DNA from: Hyaloraphidium curvatum SAG 235-1
Lineage: Eukaryota > Fungi > Monoblepharomycota
NCBI GenBank assembly: GCA_025558095.1
Contig: JAIVFI010000017.1
Span: forward strand, 1 to 64,000
Length of the DNA stretch: 64,000 nt
Reading direction: 5' to 3'
Made by a program: the position numbers and the translations under genes. This document shows, piece by piece, positions 33,174-44,311 of this stretch (positions within the stretch are counted from its first letter, which is position 1; each line of letters starts with the position of its first letter). The notes beneath the pieces are model-generated. The model had not been told where the DNA came from, ran no database searches, and was given only the letters and a program-made list of their open reading frames with translations.

Positions 33174-33803
33174 GGTTCACTCCCTCCTCGGCGTCCCCGG
33201 CGCCCACTCCGCCCCGCAGGCCCCCCCAAAATGCTCAACATGCCCCCGAATGGTGGCTCCGCATTGTAGCGCCCCCCTCCGACGGCCCGCGACGCACGCC
33301 CGTCCCCTCCGCGGAGCGGCCGGTGGCCCGATCCGGCTTGCCGTCGTGGCACCGCCCATCGGCCGGCGGTTCCAGACCCGCATCTGACAAAGCCCTCCGC
33401 CGCCCTCCCTCTGTTTCACGGACCTGGGACGGGGTCTTTGCCGCACATGGGCTTCCCTTGCCCGCGCGACATCCCTCGTGGGCTTCGTGCGGCGCGCTGT
33501 GCGGTGTCGGGTGAACTTCGGGATCGCCTGAACCTGGCTCGGTGCCGACGACGGATGCGCCCCTCCGCAGCTTGCAATCCGCGCGCCGGGTGCGCATGGG
33601 GATGCATCGTACGAGCCGCGGAGCACCCGATCGTGCGTGGAAGATCCGGAGGGTGGTCGGGCGAGGACAGGCGACGGGTAGCGGGCAAGTCCGACAACCA
33701 TCATGTGATTCGGCCGCCCTTGCCACTCGCTCCACCGACCGCCGTTTGCATGCATGCATTCTCCTTCCCCTTGCCCGAGCATCCCGCGGGGCCGCCGCGC
33801 GGC

Positions 33804-34847
33804 CTACACCTCCCCCCCGTCCCACCCCCTCCTCCTCAGCTCCCCCTCCAGCCTCCCCACCTCCCCCCTCAGCCGCTCGTTGTCCCCCTCCAGCTCCCTG
33901 ACGCGGGCCTCCATGCCCTCGACGTACCCGCGCTTGCGCTCCCTCGACCTCCTCGCGGCTTCCGTGTTGCGCTCGCGGCGCGAAACGACGTGCGACGCGC
34001 AGCGGCGCTTCTGCGTGGGCGTCAGGCGGGAATAGGGCAGCGAGAAGAGGTGCCGCGCCGCGCGGTCCAGCACGGACGGGTTGATCCCCTCGCCGTGCCC
34101 GCCCGACGGCGGCGGCGGGGATCCCTCGCCGTCGGCGTCCGTCAGTTCCTCCTCCCCGTCGTCCGTCGACCCGGCGGGGGGTTCTAGCTTGACAGCCGGG
34201 TCGGGCGGGAACAGCGCCGCCGTCCCGGCGGGCAGCGGCCCCGAGACGTTGACCCACGTGCGTCCGGAGCCCGAAGAGGCGTCCCCGGCGGGGGGCGGGA
34301 ACGACCTCCCCAGCTGTCCGGCGCTCAGCGTCCTTTCCGCCTGCCCCGCCGCGGGGTTGTACGCGTTGGGCCTGGGCGCAAAGTCCGCGGAGAAGCTCCG
34401 CGCGGCGGCGTGGTGTGCCGAGCCCGGGGGCGTGGGGGGCGCGGAGACGCCGAGGGGGACGGAGCGCGGGAACAGGGGGGCTGTGCGCGGGGATGGCGGG
34501 GGCGGGGGGACGTGCGGGTACGGCTGGAAGGCGAAGCGGGCGAGGTGCGTGAGGTCCCAGGGGAAGCCGTCGGGGTCGGCGGGCGGCGGGTCGGGGAGGG
34601 CCGGGAAGAGCGGGGCGGCGGGCGGCCACGGCTCGGCGGGCGCGGGCGGCGCGCGGGCGGCGGCGGGTGGGAGGAAGAGCGGCGCGGCGGGGCGCGGGGA
34701 CGCGGTGGTGGTGGCGCCGGCCACGCCGGAGGGAGGCTCCGCGGGAAGCGCCCCGGGCGCCGCGGTGCGCCGCGGCCCCGCCGCCGCGGCCCGCTGCCCG
34801 CCGGAGCCGTCGGCGGCCGCCCATTGCACCGATGCCAGCGGCCACAT
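33804..34847 (-). CDS. GCN4/CPC1-like bZIP transcription factor, copy 3
   Basis: RRERNTEAARRSRERKRGYVEGMEARVRELEGDNERL. The start is uncertain because in-frame upstream ATGs exist. Confidence 0.85.
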   Translation of the reverse strand: MWPLASVQWAAADGSGGQRAAAAGPRRTAAPGALPAEPPSGVAGATTTASPRPAAPLFLPPAAARAPPAPAEPWPPAAPLFPALPDPPPADPDGFPWDLTHLARFAFQPYPHVPPPPPSPRTAPLFPRSVPLGVSAPPTPPGSAHHAAARSFSADFAPRPNAYNPAAGQAERTLSAGQLGRSFPPPAGDASSGSGRTWVNVSGPLPAGTAALFPPDPAVKLEPPAGSTDDGEEELTDADGEGSPPPPSGGHGEGINPSVLDRAARHLFSLPYSRLTPTQKRRCASHVVSRRERNTEAARRSRERKRGYVEGMEARVRELEGDNERLRGEVGRLEGELRRRGWDGGEV

Positions 34848-36134
34848 GGTGCCGCGGGGGTGCGCAACAGTGTCGGGATGAGTTGTGTGTGAGCTGTCCG
34901 GGAACCCTCTCGACCCTTGACCCCAGCGAGCCGTGACGTCGTCCTCATTCACCTGACCCTCGAAATGCACCCCGCGCATCCCGCAGCACCATCCACCGCA
35001 CACCACAGCTCCCATGCACACAACGGAGCTATTCGCAGCACACCGGCCGGCCCCCGTGCACCTCCGCGCTTCCGGCCGCCCCTCCGCGCCGCCGCCGGTC
35101 CGGGCGGGCCGCCGCCGCCCCGAACCCCGGGCCTCCCGCCGCGTCCCCTCCCCGCCCCACGCACCCCCCGCATCCCTCTCCCTCACACCACCCCATCCGA
35201 ACCCGCCGCACCCACCCTCACCCCCCGCCGCCACGCACCCGCCGGGCGCAACGGCGAGTTACCGCGCCCGGCCGCCGGCCGCGGTCCGGAGCCGGCCGAC
35301 AGATCTCCGGGGACGCGGGGCCCGCGGATCTCGGGCGGGGAAACGGGCGGGTCGGGACGGCGGGGGGCGTTGCGCTGCCGCCTGTGTGGCGGGTGAGGGA
35401 GGGAGGGAGGGAGCGGGCAAGGAGGAGGGGGGAGGGGACGGCGCGGGCGGAGGTTCGGGCAGATGCCTGGAGAGCTGCGTCAGGCACGGCGCTCCTAAAC
35501 TCGCAATTGAGCCGCACTCCGGCGGGCGTACGTCCGTCCCGTCCGGTGCATGGTCCGGTCCCGTCGGTCCCCGGTCCCGTGTAGTCCTGGTCCGTCCGGT
35601 GCCCCGCAACGTACGTCCACGTCCGATGGCCCTCGGACGACCACAGGGGTTCGTGGCATGGAGCGCCACTACACCGAGCCCTACCCATCCTTGGCGACGC
35701 GCATGCCCGGTCCCTGTGCCGTGGTGCAATACCCCCCGTGGAGAGGGCGGAGCGGGGGGGAGAATTGGTGTCAGCTGGCGCACGTTGCCTTCCAGGGAAC
35801 CGCGAAGCCAGGCGTTCCCCTTGCTTGCCCTTTGCGCTTCGGCGCCGGCCGCGCGCACCTCTGCGCCAGAAAAATCCGATCCGGCCCGCCCCGATCCCGC
35901 CCGATGGCGGCGCCCGCGCCGGTTTCCCGCGCCCCGCGGCGGGAAACCGTACGGCCGGTCCGAGGTGCACCGCAGGCGGTCACGGCACGCGATTCATCCC
36001 AAGGTTGTTCGCGTCCGGCATCCGTCGACGTTCCGTGTTCCTTAATTCCCGAATCCATTTAGCTGAGGGACAGATCGACCTCGGTGAGGACGCCCTGGTG
36101 GAGCAAACAATGCAACAACCCCGCCTTGACCCCC

Positions 36135-38288
36135 ATGCGCCCGCCCCTGCGCGCCTTGTTCGCGCCGATACCGCCCCCGCGACCCCCATGTTCCCGCTGC
36201 TTTGCTGCGGCGGCGCGCGCGGGAACGGGATCGTCGCTGCCGGGGCGCCCGTCTCCGCCTCGGGGTCCGCGGGAACCGGCGGAACCGCGTCGGCCGGCCC
36301 GGCGGGACGGGCATGCCGGCGCCAAACGGACTACGCCCGCGGGACGTTCCCCCGATCGGGGCGCCCTATTGGGCTTCCGTTCGGCCGTCGGCGCCGCGGT
36401 TTCCGGCAGGACGGACGCCCGCGGATCCGCCGACGCCGTGTGGGCGGCGTACCGCGCCCTCGGCTCGGCACGCGGGCTCACGGGGGACGACGTGAAGAAC
36501 GCGGTGCGGTACCTCGCGGGACATGCGGTCGCGGGGCGGTCCGGGGCGCGCGGGGACGGGGGGGCGGCCGACGAGGCGGCGGGGAGGGCGAGATGGGTGC
36601 TCGTGGATGCGGCGGCGGCGGGGATCGGGATACCGGACAAGGCCGTGGCGTGGTTCGTGCAGATCAGCGATCGCCGCCTGGGGTGGGTTTGGAAGCCGTC
36701 GACGTCGGGCCGCATGCCAATGATCCCGACGCATGACAGCACCTACGCCGCGTGCCGCGACCTGCGCGACTTTCTCCTTTCCGAGTGCGGCGTGCCCATG
36801 AGCGCGAAGCTCCTCTCCGGCCTGCTCCGCAACGTTGCCCACGGCGGCAACTACACCGCCTTCCTCAAACTGCTCCACGAGTCCCTCCCCGACATCGCGT
36901 CCGGGGACGTCGACTCGTACCTGGTCAACATGTTCGTCAAGGCCGTCGCCACGGCCTCGCCGCGGGCCGCGGAGGACCTGGAGGGATACCCTTCCCGGCA
37001 GAACCTGGTAGCGGATCTGGCTGTGCCCCTCTGGGCCATCGACGGGGACCGCGGCGCGCTGCGGAGCCGCATGCCGAGGCAAGACCGCGAGGAGCTGCAG
37101 AAAGACGCGGACACCTCGCTGCGCCGCGCGGTCCTCGAGGGCCGCGCCCCCCGGCTCGCTGACTTGTGCGCGCCCGGCATGCCCCCCGGCTCCACCGCTC
37201 CCGTGGACAAGATCGCGCAGATCCTGTGCTTCTCCGCCTCCCGCTTCCGCCAAGGGCATCACCGCATCGTCGATGGGCAAACCCCCAGCGCGGCCGTCGA
37301 GGCCTTCTGCGCGTGGCGGCGCCGCGGCCTCGCCCGCGCCGCGCTGGAGCTCCTCCTGGGCGACCCCTTCCGCATCCCGCCCGGTCGGGCGCAGTTCTCC
37401 GTGCTGATCGCCGGCGCGGCCCGCGACCGGGACGCGGCGGGCGGCGGGGAGCTGCTTTCGCGGATGGCGGAGCTCGGCGTCGCGCCGAACCGGGAGGTGT
37501 ACAACGCGGTCATCGGCCTGCATGCGCGGACGGGGATGCTGGACCGCGCGGCGGGGACGGTGGCGGAGATGCGCGCCGCGGGGTACCCGCCCGACTCGAC
37601 CACCGGGATGGTGCTGCTGGACGGCGTGCTCGTTCCCGGATCCGACGGCCGCGCCGCCAAGGCCGCCATGCGGACGCTCTCGCGGGCGGGGATCGGGGTC
37701 AGAGCCTCGCACTGGAACAAGGCGCTGCACCATTTCGCCCGCGCGGGCCGGCTGGAGGACATGGAGGAGGTCCTGGCCGCCATGGAGCCCGGGTGGGACG
37801 AGGTCACCGTTGCCACCTGCTCGCGGGCCTACTCGCGGTCCGGGCGCGCCGACCGGCTGCTGAGGTTCCTCCGCCGCGCGCCCGCGGGGACGCTGTCCAA
37901 CGGGGCGACCTGGAGCGCCGCGGTGCTGTGCTTTCTGCGGCAGCACGGCGACGAGCCCCACGAATCCCGGTTCCGCGGGTACGCCCACGCGCTCTGCTGC
38001 GCCGTGCTGGACGGCACCCCAGTCGATCGCCCGTCCCTCCCCCCGGAATCGGGCGGGTTCCCCTTCCTGGACGTCCCCCCGCCGCCGACCAAGCCCGGGC
38101 TGCTGCTGGTCGTGTTCGACTGCATGCACCGCGGGTTCGCAGGGCAGCGCAGAGCGGCGCTCGAGGAGAAGGGGAGGGCGTTCCTCGTGAGGGAGGGGTA
38201 CCCGCAGGCCGCGGGGATGGGGGCGGAGGAGATGCACGCGATGCTGGAGCGGTCGGGGGGGGTGCGGCCGCGGGAGGCGGATGGGTGA
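36135..38288 (+). CDS. PPR protein copy 1, putatively mitochondrial
   Basis: Arg-rich, acid-poor N-terminus; 35-aa repeats such as REVYNAVIGLHARTGMLDRAAGTVAEMRAAGYPPD; family-conserved intron at about 36682-36739. Confidence 0.88.
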   Translation: MRPPLRALFAPIPPPRPPCSRCFAAAARAGTGSSLPGRPSPPRGPREPAEPRRPARRDGHAGAKRTTPAGRSPDRGALLGFRSAVGAAVSGRTDARGSADAVWAAYRALGSARGLTGDDVKNAVRYLAGHAVAGRSGARGDGGAADEAAGRARWVLVDAAAAGIGIPDKAVAWFVQISDRRLGWVWKPSTSGRMPMIPTHDSTYAACRDLRDFLLSECGVPMSAKLLSGLLRNVAHGGNYTAFLKLLHESLPDIASGDVDSYLVNMFVKAVATASPRAAEDLEGYPSRQNLVADLAVPLWAIDGDRGALRSRMPRQDREELQKDADTSLRRAVLEGRAPRLADLCAPGMPPGSTAPVDKIAQILCFSASRFRQGHHRIVDGQTPSAAVEAFCAWRRRGLARAALELLLGDPFRIPPGRAQFSVLIAGAARDRDAAGGGELLSRMAELGVAPNREVYNAVIGLHARTGMLDRAAGTVAEMRAAGYPPDSTTGMVLLDGVLVPGSDGRAAKAAMRTLSRAGIGVRASHWNKALHHFARAGRLEDMEEVLAAMEPGWDEVTVATCSRAYSRSGRADRLLRFLRRAPAGTLSNGATWSAAVLCFLRQHGDEPHESRFRGYAHALCCAVLDGTPVDRPSLPPESGGFPFLDVPPPPTKPGLLLVVFDCMHRGFAGQRRAALEEKGRAFLVREGYPQAAGMGAEEMHAMLERSGGVRPREADG

Positions 38289-38457
38289 GAGGGTCAAGGG
38301 GTGCAATCTCGACAACGAAGCAGAACGTCTTTTGTCCTCTTCCGTTCTTTCGATCTTCTGTTTATTTCCAACGCCTGCCAAGCCACTACGAGGGGGTGAG
38401 GCGGTGCGGCACGCGTCGGCGCGACGCGACCAGTAAACAACCACCCGCCGCGTTGGG

Positions 38458-40570
38458 ATGCACGCCCTCGCGCGGTCCTGCCGGGCCGTGCCCGCCCGGC
38501 TCCCGCGACCCGTGCTTCCCGGAGCCCCGCACGCCGCGGCCGCGTCTTCCGGGCCGAGAAGGAGGGCCGCGCCCGCCCCGCCGAAACCGGCCCGGCCGTC
38601 GCCGCCACCGTTCGCCGCGATTTCCGCACGGCCGACGTTGCGGGCGGCGGATCCCGTGGAGCGCCTGCGGGAGGCCATCGAACACGCCAAGGCCGCGCCG
38701 TTCCGCGTGGGCGCGGACCTCGTCTGGGACGCCTACCGCGCACTCGGATCGGCCGCGGGCCTGACCGCGGACGACGTGCGGGAAGCGGCCCTGCAGATCT
38801 GCGCGCGGCCGGTGGGGGAGTTCGGGACGGTCCAGCGCGGGCCAGGGGAGAAGGCAAAGGCACAGAGCCGCGCGGGCCCGCTGGTCGCGGAGGCGGGCAG
38901 GAGGATGCGGCGGCTGCTCACCGACGCCGCGGAAAGCGGGATCGTGGTCGACAAGAAGACCGCCATGTGGTTCATCCAGGCGAACGAGAAGCAATTGGTG
39001 TGGGTGCCACCTCCGCGGTGTCCCGCCGCGCCGCTGAACCGGCCGTCGCGACGGCAGATCCTACGCGGTGTGCCGGAACTTGATGGACTTTTTGCGGTCA
39101 GACTGCCGCGTGGCGTTTGACGTGCGGCACCTCAATACCCTCGTGACCACCGTGGCGCACGGGGGCAACTACACCGCGTTCCTGAAGCTCCTGCACGACT
39201 GCCGGACGGCCGATGCCATCTCGGCCATGGACGTATACACCGTCAGATTGTTCTTGAAAGCCATCGCCAAGGCCGCGGCCAATCCCGCGGCGTGCGAGGA
39301 TCTGGAAGGGTACCCCAGCCGCAAGACCAGCGTTGCGGACCTCGACACACGGGCCGCTCGGGACCCGCTGGAATCCGAACCCGAACCGGAAGCCGCCCTG
39401 CGCGCCGCCATCCTAAACGGTCCCGAGGTGCAGGCGTCGGACCTGTACGCCCCGGGAATGCCCCCGGGCTCGACGACGCCGGTACGCAAGGTCATCCAGC
39501 TCCTCTCTTTCGTCGCGGCCCGCCTCGAGGGACGACACGCCGACCTCGTCAACAACCACATCACCACCGGCGTCATCGAGGCCTTCCTCAACGCGGGCCA
39601 CCCCCGGCTCGCCCGCGCCTCGGTCGAGGTGCTCGCAGGCGAACCCTTCCGCATCGCACCCGATGCCGCGCACTTCAACTTCCTCCTCAAGGACGCGGTC
39701 GAGCGCGGCGACGACCGCGCGGCCGATCGGCTGGTGTGGCGGTGGCGCGAGGCGGGCGTGCGGCCCGACCGGCAGCTGTTCAACACCACGATCGGGTTCT
39801 ACGCGCGCGCGGGGCGGGTCGACGAGGCCCGCGAGACGCTGAAGGAGATGAAGGCCGCGGGCATCGCGCCGGACGAGCTGACGGGCTCGCACCTCCTGGA
39901 CGGCATCCTCGCGCCGGGGATCACGGTCAAGGACGTGGAGCTCTCCCTGGGCTGGCTCGCCGTCAACGGGATCGAAATCACCCCCAAGCACCAGATCAAG
40001 GCCCTGCGGCACTTTGCCGAGCTCGGGGACCTCGACAGCATGGAACGGATCTTCGCCGACCTGCCCGCGACGCCCAACTCGCACGCCGTCGCGACGTGCG
40101 CGGTCGCGTACGCCAAGCACGTGGACGACGAGCGGATGTTTGCATTCCTCGGCGGCGTCAAGAAGGTGCAGCTCCCGCGGTCGGAGACGTGGAGCGCCGC
40201 GATCCGGGCCCTCGCGCGGCGGTGGGCCAAAACCGGCGACGGCGAGGTCGGCGACCTCATCTTCGCGCTGATCAACGGCGTCTTCGACCGGAAGCCCGTG
40301 GATCCCGCCGCCGTCTCGCAGGGCAACCGGGACTTCGTGCTCCTGGGCTCGGAACCCCCCCGGCCGTTCCCCGAGTTCCTCCAGGGCATCTTCTCCATCG
40401 CCAGGAACAGTTTCACGGGGGATCGCCTGCGCATCCTCGAGGAGAAGGGCCGGGCGCACCTCGCCTCGGAGGGGTACAAGGTGACCCCGGACATGGGCGC
40501 GGCGGAGATGCTCGAGGCCGTGGAGCGGCATCCCCGCTTGCGTGGCCAAAGCGGTTCGGCCTCAGACTGA
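38458..40570 (+). CDS. PPR protein copy 2, putatively mitochondrial
   Basis: MHALARSCRAV..; intron at about 39000-39057; RQLFNTTIGFYARAGRVDEARETLKEMKAAGIAPD. Confidence 0.88.
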
Positions 40571-41387
40571 TCGTTTGGCTGCGTCGTGAAATAGATATGC
40601 CCTCCTTGCACATTTGGATGACCGTCCTGACGACCCGACGAGTCGATCCCGACTTTCCTGGGGACGACATCGATGGGCTTAGGAAACTCTAGATGGCTTC
40701 TGCACGCCAGCGCCAGCTGCTTACGGCGGCCTGGTACGCGGTGCAGAACCGGCGTCGCAACGCTGGATCAAGCTTTGCGTTCGCGGCAACGGCGGCGGCT
40801 CTGCTGGAGATTCTTGGAAAAGCCAGGACTCCGGGATCGGGCTCGCCGCAGGGTGCGGCCACGGCGGCCGGGCGGGCTGCCGGTGAGGTAAGTGGTCGGG
40901 TGGAGGCGGCTGCTCGATGGAAAGGTATTTTTCGGCGGGCAGGGCTTCGTGCTTTCGTTAGTCTTGCGTGAGCACCCCGGAGGCCGCGCCGTCGGATCCG
41001 CTGGCAGCGACCGGCCTGCCGTTCCGCCCAGAGCATGTGTGTGTTGCCTGTGATTTGGCTTGTGGATTCCAAGAAGTTGGGTGGTGGCAGCACGGACTCG
41101 AGTCAAAGATCACTACGATCGGTAGGCTCACCGATCTTCGATCGTATTCACTGCGCTCAAAACGGGTCCATCGGAGGCGAACGTGCGGATTCGTTGGTTC
41201 GCTGTCGTTCTATTCTTCAGTGGACCGGTGGGGCGGCGGGGCCTCGGGATGTGCGTTCCGCTGAGTGACTGCCCTCGTCGCGCCCGAACGAAGAACACAG
41301 TGTTACGTTTGCACGCAGCCAACACGGGAGCTAGAACTGGATCCTGAGTTGAATTGCCTACAGAGCATCTCGCCCCGCGGAGAACCA

Positions 41388-42510
41388 TCAACCCCGCCCA
41401 CGCGCGGCGGAAGGACGTCCGGCCCTTTTGGCATTGCGGCCGGAAACGCCCACCGACCGCACGAGCATACGGAGCATTCCCTCGGCGTCCATGTCGCGGG
41501 CTTCCGGGTAACCCTCCGCGACGAGGTACCCCGGCCCTTTTCTTCGAGGATCCGCAGGCGGTCGCCCCGGAATTTCGTCCGCATGCCTTCGAAGATTACC
41601 AGGAGCAGCCCCGGCATCGGCCGCGGCGGCGACATCCCCGCCAGCGGCAGGTCCCGCTTCCCGAGGGGCAACGCGGCGGCGTCGATCGGGACCCGATCGA
41701 GGACGGCGCAGCAGAGGAGCTTCAGGAACGCAGTGTAGTTGCCGCCGTGCGCCACATTGCGGACCAGGATGTTGAGGTGCCGCGCGGTCAGAGTTAGCCC
41801 GCACTCCAGCCGCAGGAAGTCCATCAGTTCTTTGCACGCCACATAGGAGCTGCCGACAATGGATCGAGGTCAGCGGCCACACGGAACGGGGGCCAAGGAG
41901 CGCGGGAACGAGGCACTCACACCAGAAGTCGGTCATTCACCTGGATGAACCAAGTAACAGCCTTCTCATCGATCGCAATGCCACCATTTTGCGCCGCATC
42001 GACAAGGAGGCGGCGCGTCCTGACCTTCGCCTCGTCGACGAGCTTCGCGGTCCGGCGCTGTGCCTCCGTGCCATCCTTTGGACCTCGCCGCAGTTTTCCC
42101 TGCTCTGCTATCGCGTGTGCGGTGAGAAAGTGGGCGATGCTTGCACCGTCGCCCGTCGTCAGGTCCTCGGCCGACCCGAGGGCGGCGTAGGCGTCCCAGA
42201 CCGCGTCTGCGGCCTTGGGGAGCGGGATCCGCCTCCGGCCGGCGCTCTCCAGGACCTTGCGCAGCCGCTCCAGCCCGGCATTCCTCTCAGGGGCAGACGA
42301 CGAGAACCGGGGCGCAGGAAGGTCGACCGCCGGCCGCGGCCGATGCTGCCGGGTTGCGGCGCTGGTCGCGTTCCGGGACGCGCTCGCCGCCGCGGACGCG
42401 CACCGCAAGGGCCGACCGGGACCCGCAAATGCAAGAGACGGTGCCGAAAGACGTTCCAAAGAGCGCCGGAGCGCGCTCAGGGCACGATCCGGGCGCTGGA
42501 AGCCGAGCAT
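41388..42510 (-). pseudogene. PPR copy 3: internal deletion of the whole PPR tract plus a frameshift
   Basis: NYTAFLKLL is fused directly to CCAVLDRVP at about 41714. A 1-nt deletion lies at about 41529 (GGCCGGGGTACC vs GGCCGGGCCTACC). Confidence 0.85.
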
Positions 42511-43068
42511 TGTTTCCTTGTTTGCAACACTTGGATCATCCTCACAACCTTTTTATGTAACGCGAACCCGGCGAGGGTTCGCTGGGTCCACTCGCGACGA
42601 CAGATGCCGATGATCTGCAGCGTCAGATTCGAGATCCATCGACGTCCATCACGTCATCCGCGCCGGGGCGTAGTGGCCCCCACGTTGATCGAAGCCAACC
42701 CTCTTCACCCGTGCGTGCAAATCAAAGGATCTGCCTTGAGGAACCAAAAAGCTCCCCAGCTACCGCCGCCCGCGGGTGTCAGTTGCCGTTGACGGTGTTG
42801 GCTCGAGCGGCACAAGAACGATGTGCGATAGGCGGCCCACAAGAACGCCTCCCGCAGCACCCGACAGAATAATGCGCGGAGCGGATGACCGCGGCCGCAA
42901 ACCCGGTCGAAACTTCGCCGTGAAGTGTACCGCGGCCCCGGAATCCGGTGGACGTGCACGGGATCGGCATTCCGCCCGTCACTCGCTTTCGCGCCACCTC
43001 ACTGCCCCGTACACACTCCTTCCGCCCCCCTCCCTTCCCCTCCTTCCGTCCCCCACACCAACGAAGAA

Positions 43069-43848
43069 ATGTCCCTCCCCACGCCTGCCCGCACCCCTCC
43101 CGGCCCCGGCCCGCTCCGCCCGGCCGCCTCCTCGCCCGCCGCGCGTGCCGGGGCGCACCCCTCCCCGGCGCCCACGCCCGCGCCGGCGAAGCAGCCTGCG
43201 CTGGGACTCATCGGGCTCACGCAGCCCGAGATGTTCAGGAAGGAGAGGGCCAAGAGGGAGAAGAAGCCCGCGGGCGAGGGCAAGGCCAAAAAGGCGCGGA
43301 AGGGCAAGGACGCGGAGGCCGGTTGCGGCACCAAAGCGAACGGAGACTCTGGCAAGGCACCGATCGGAGCGAACGAGGGGGACGTGGTCGAGGTCGAGGT
43401 CGTCGGCGGCAAGCTGGTCCCCGTGTTCGCGCCGCCGGCCCCCGCCAAGAAGCCCAAGCGCGCGGATTTGGCGCCCAAGAAGAAGCCCGAGCCGAACCTG
43501 TTCGTCGCCGTCGAGGCGCACGGCGGACAAGAGAGGGCGATCGGGTGCTTCAAGGACGAGGGGGCGGCGGTCTTGGCGTCCGGGGGACCCGAAAGAGGCG
43601 GATCTGTGCGCAAGCTCTCGGTTCCCGGGCTCGGGACCACCGTGGTGCTCGGGATCGCGTGGAACGAGGCCATGCGGGCGGTCAGGTTCGCTGCGGGGAC
43701 GAAGCAGGCGCTGGCCGAGGCCGCGGCGCGGGAGTGGAAGATGTCGCCGAGGCGGATCGTCTGGCTGGATGGGGACGCGAGGATCGACCATCCGAGCTCG
43801 CCGGGAAGGGCAGGGGTGGATCTGGAGGAGCACGAGGTGCGGGGGTGA
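43069..43848 (+). CDS. Hypothetical Lys/Pro-rich protein
   Basis: Intronless ORF with coding-like codon usage; no motif recognised. Confidence 0.6.
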   Translation: MSLPTPARTPPGPGPLRPAASSPAARAGAHPSPAPTPAPAKQPALGLIGLTQPEMFRKERAKREKKPAGEGKAKKARKGKDAEAGCGTKANGDSGKAPIGANEGDVVEVEVVGGKLVPVFAPPAPAKKPKRADLAPKKKPEPNLFVAVEAHGGQERAIGCFKDEGAAVLASGGPERGGSVRKLSVPGLGTTVVLGIAWNEAMRAVRFAAGTKQALAEAAAREWKMSPRRIVWLDGDARIDHPSSPGRAGVDLEEHEVRG

Positions 43849-44311
43849 GGGCCAGGAAGGGAAGGGGGGACAGACTGGACGGGCCGGAGTGGCCGCTGGG
43901 GGGGGATCGCGGCGCGGCCAGGCGGGGTGCGGCGGGGACGATCGGACGGCACTTTGGAAGCGATTTCTTCGGAGGAACATGTTGTCTGGCGGTTTCCGGT
44001 CGCCGATGGCCGACACAGCCCGCGCGTGACGGGCGGATGGCGTTGCGCAGGGCGCAAGCCCCCTAGCCGCCCGCCCCGTTCGGGCCTGCCCCACGCCTTC
44101 GGCATCAGGTGGCCCTCGATCCGGCTGTCTCACGCGAAGGTCCCGAGCGCCCCGTGGCCGCGGTTGCCGGTCCCGCCGTCGGGTTCAATATCCTAAATGG
44201 CTGCGGTCTAGGGACCCGGCGCCTAGAACGCGATCTCGCGATGCATGCGATCCCTTGCCCCCTGCCACATTGCCTGAACGAGGACACCGCTCCCCCGCGC
44301 CCCCGCCGACG

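Noticed and set aside
40693-40971. 92-aa ORF with a GTAAGT donor between PPR copies 2 and 3
   Set aside because: No recognisable homology to the PPR family or anything else, and no clear downstream exon.
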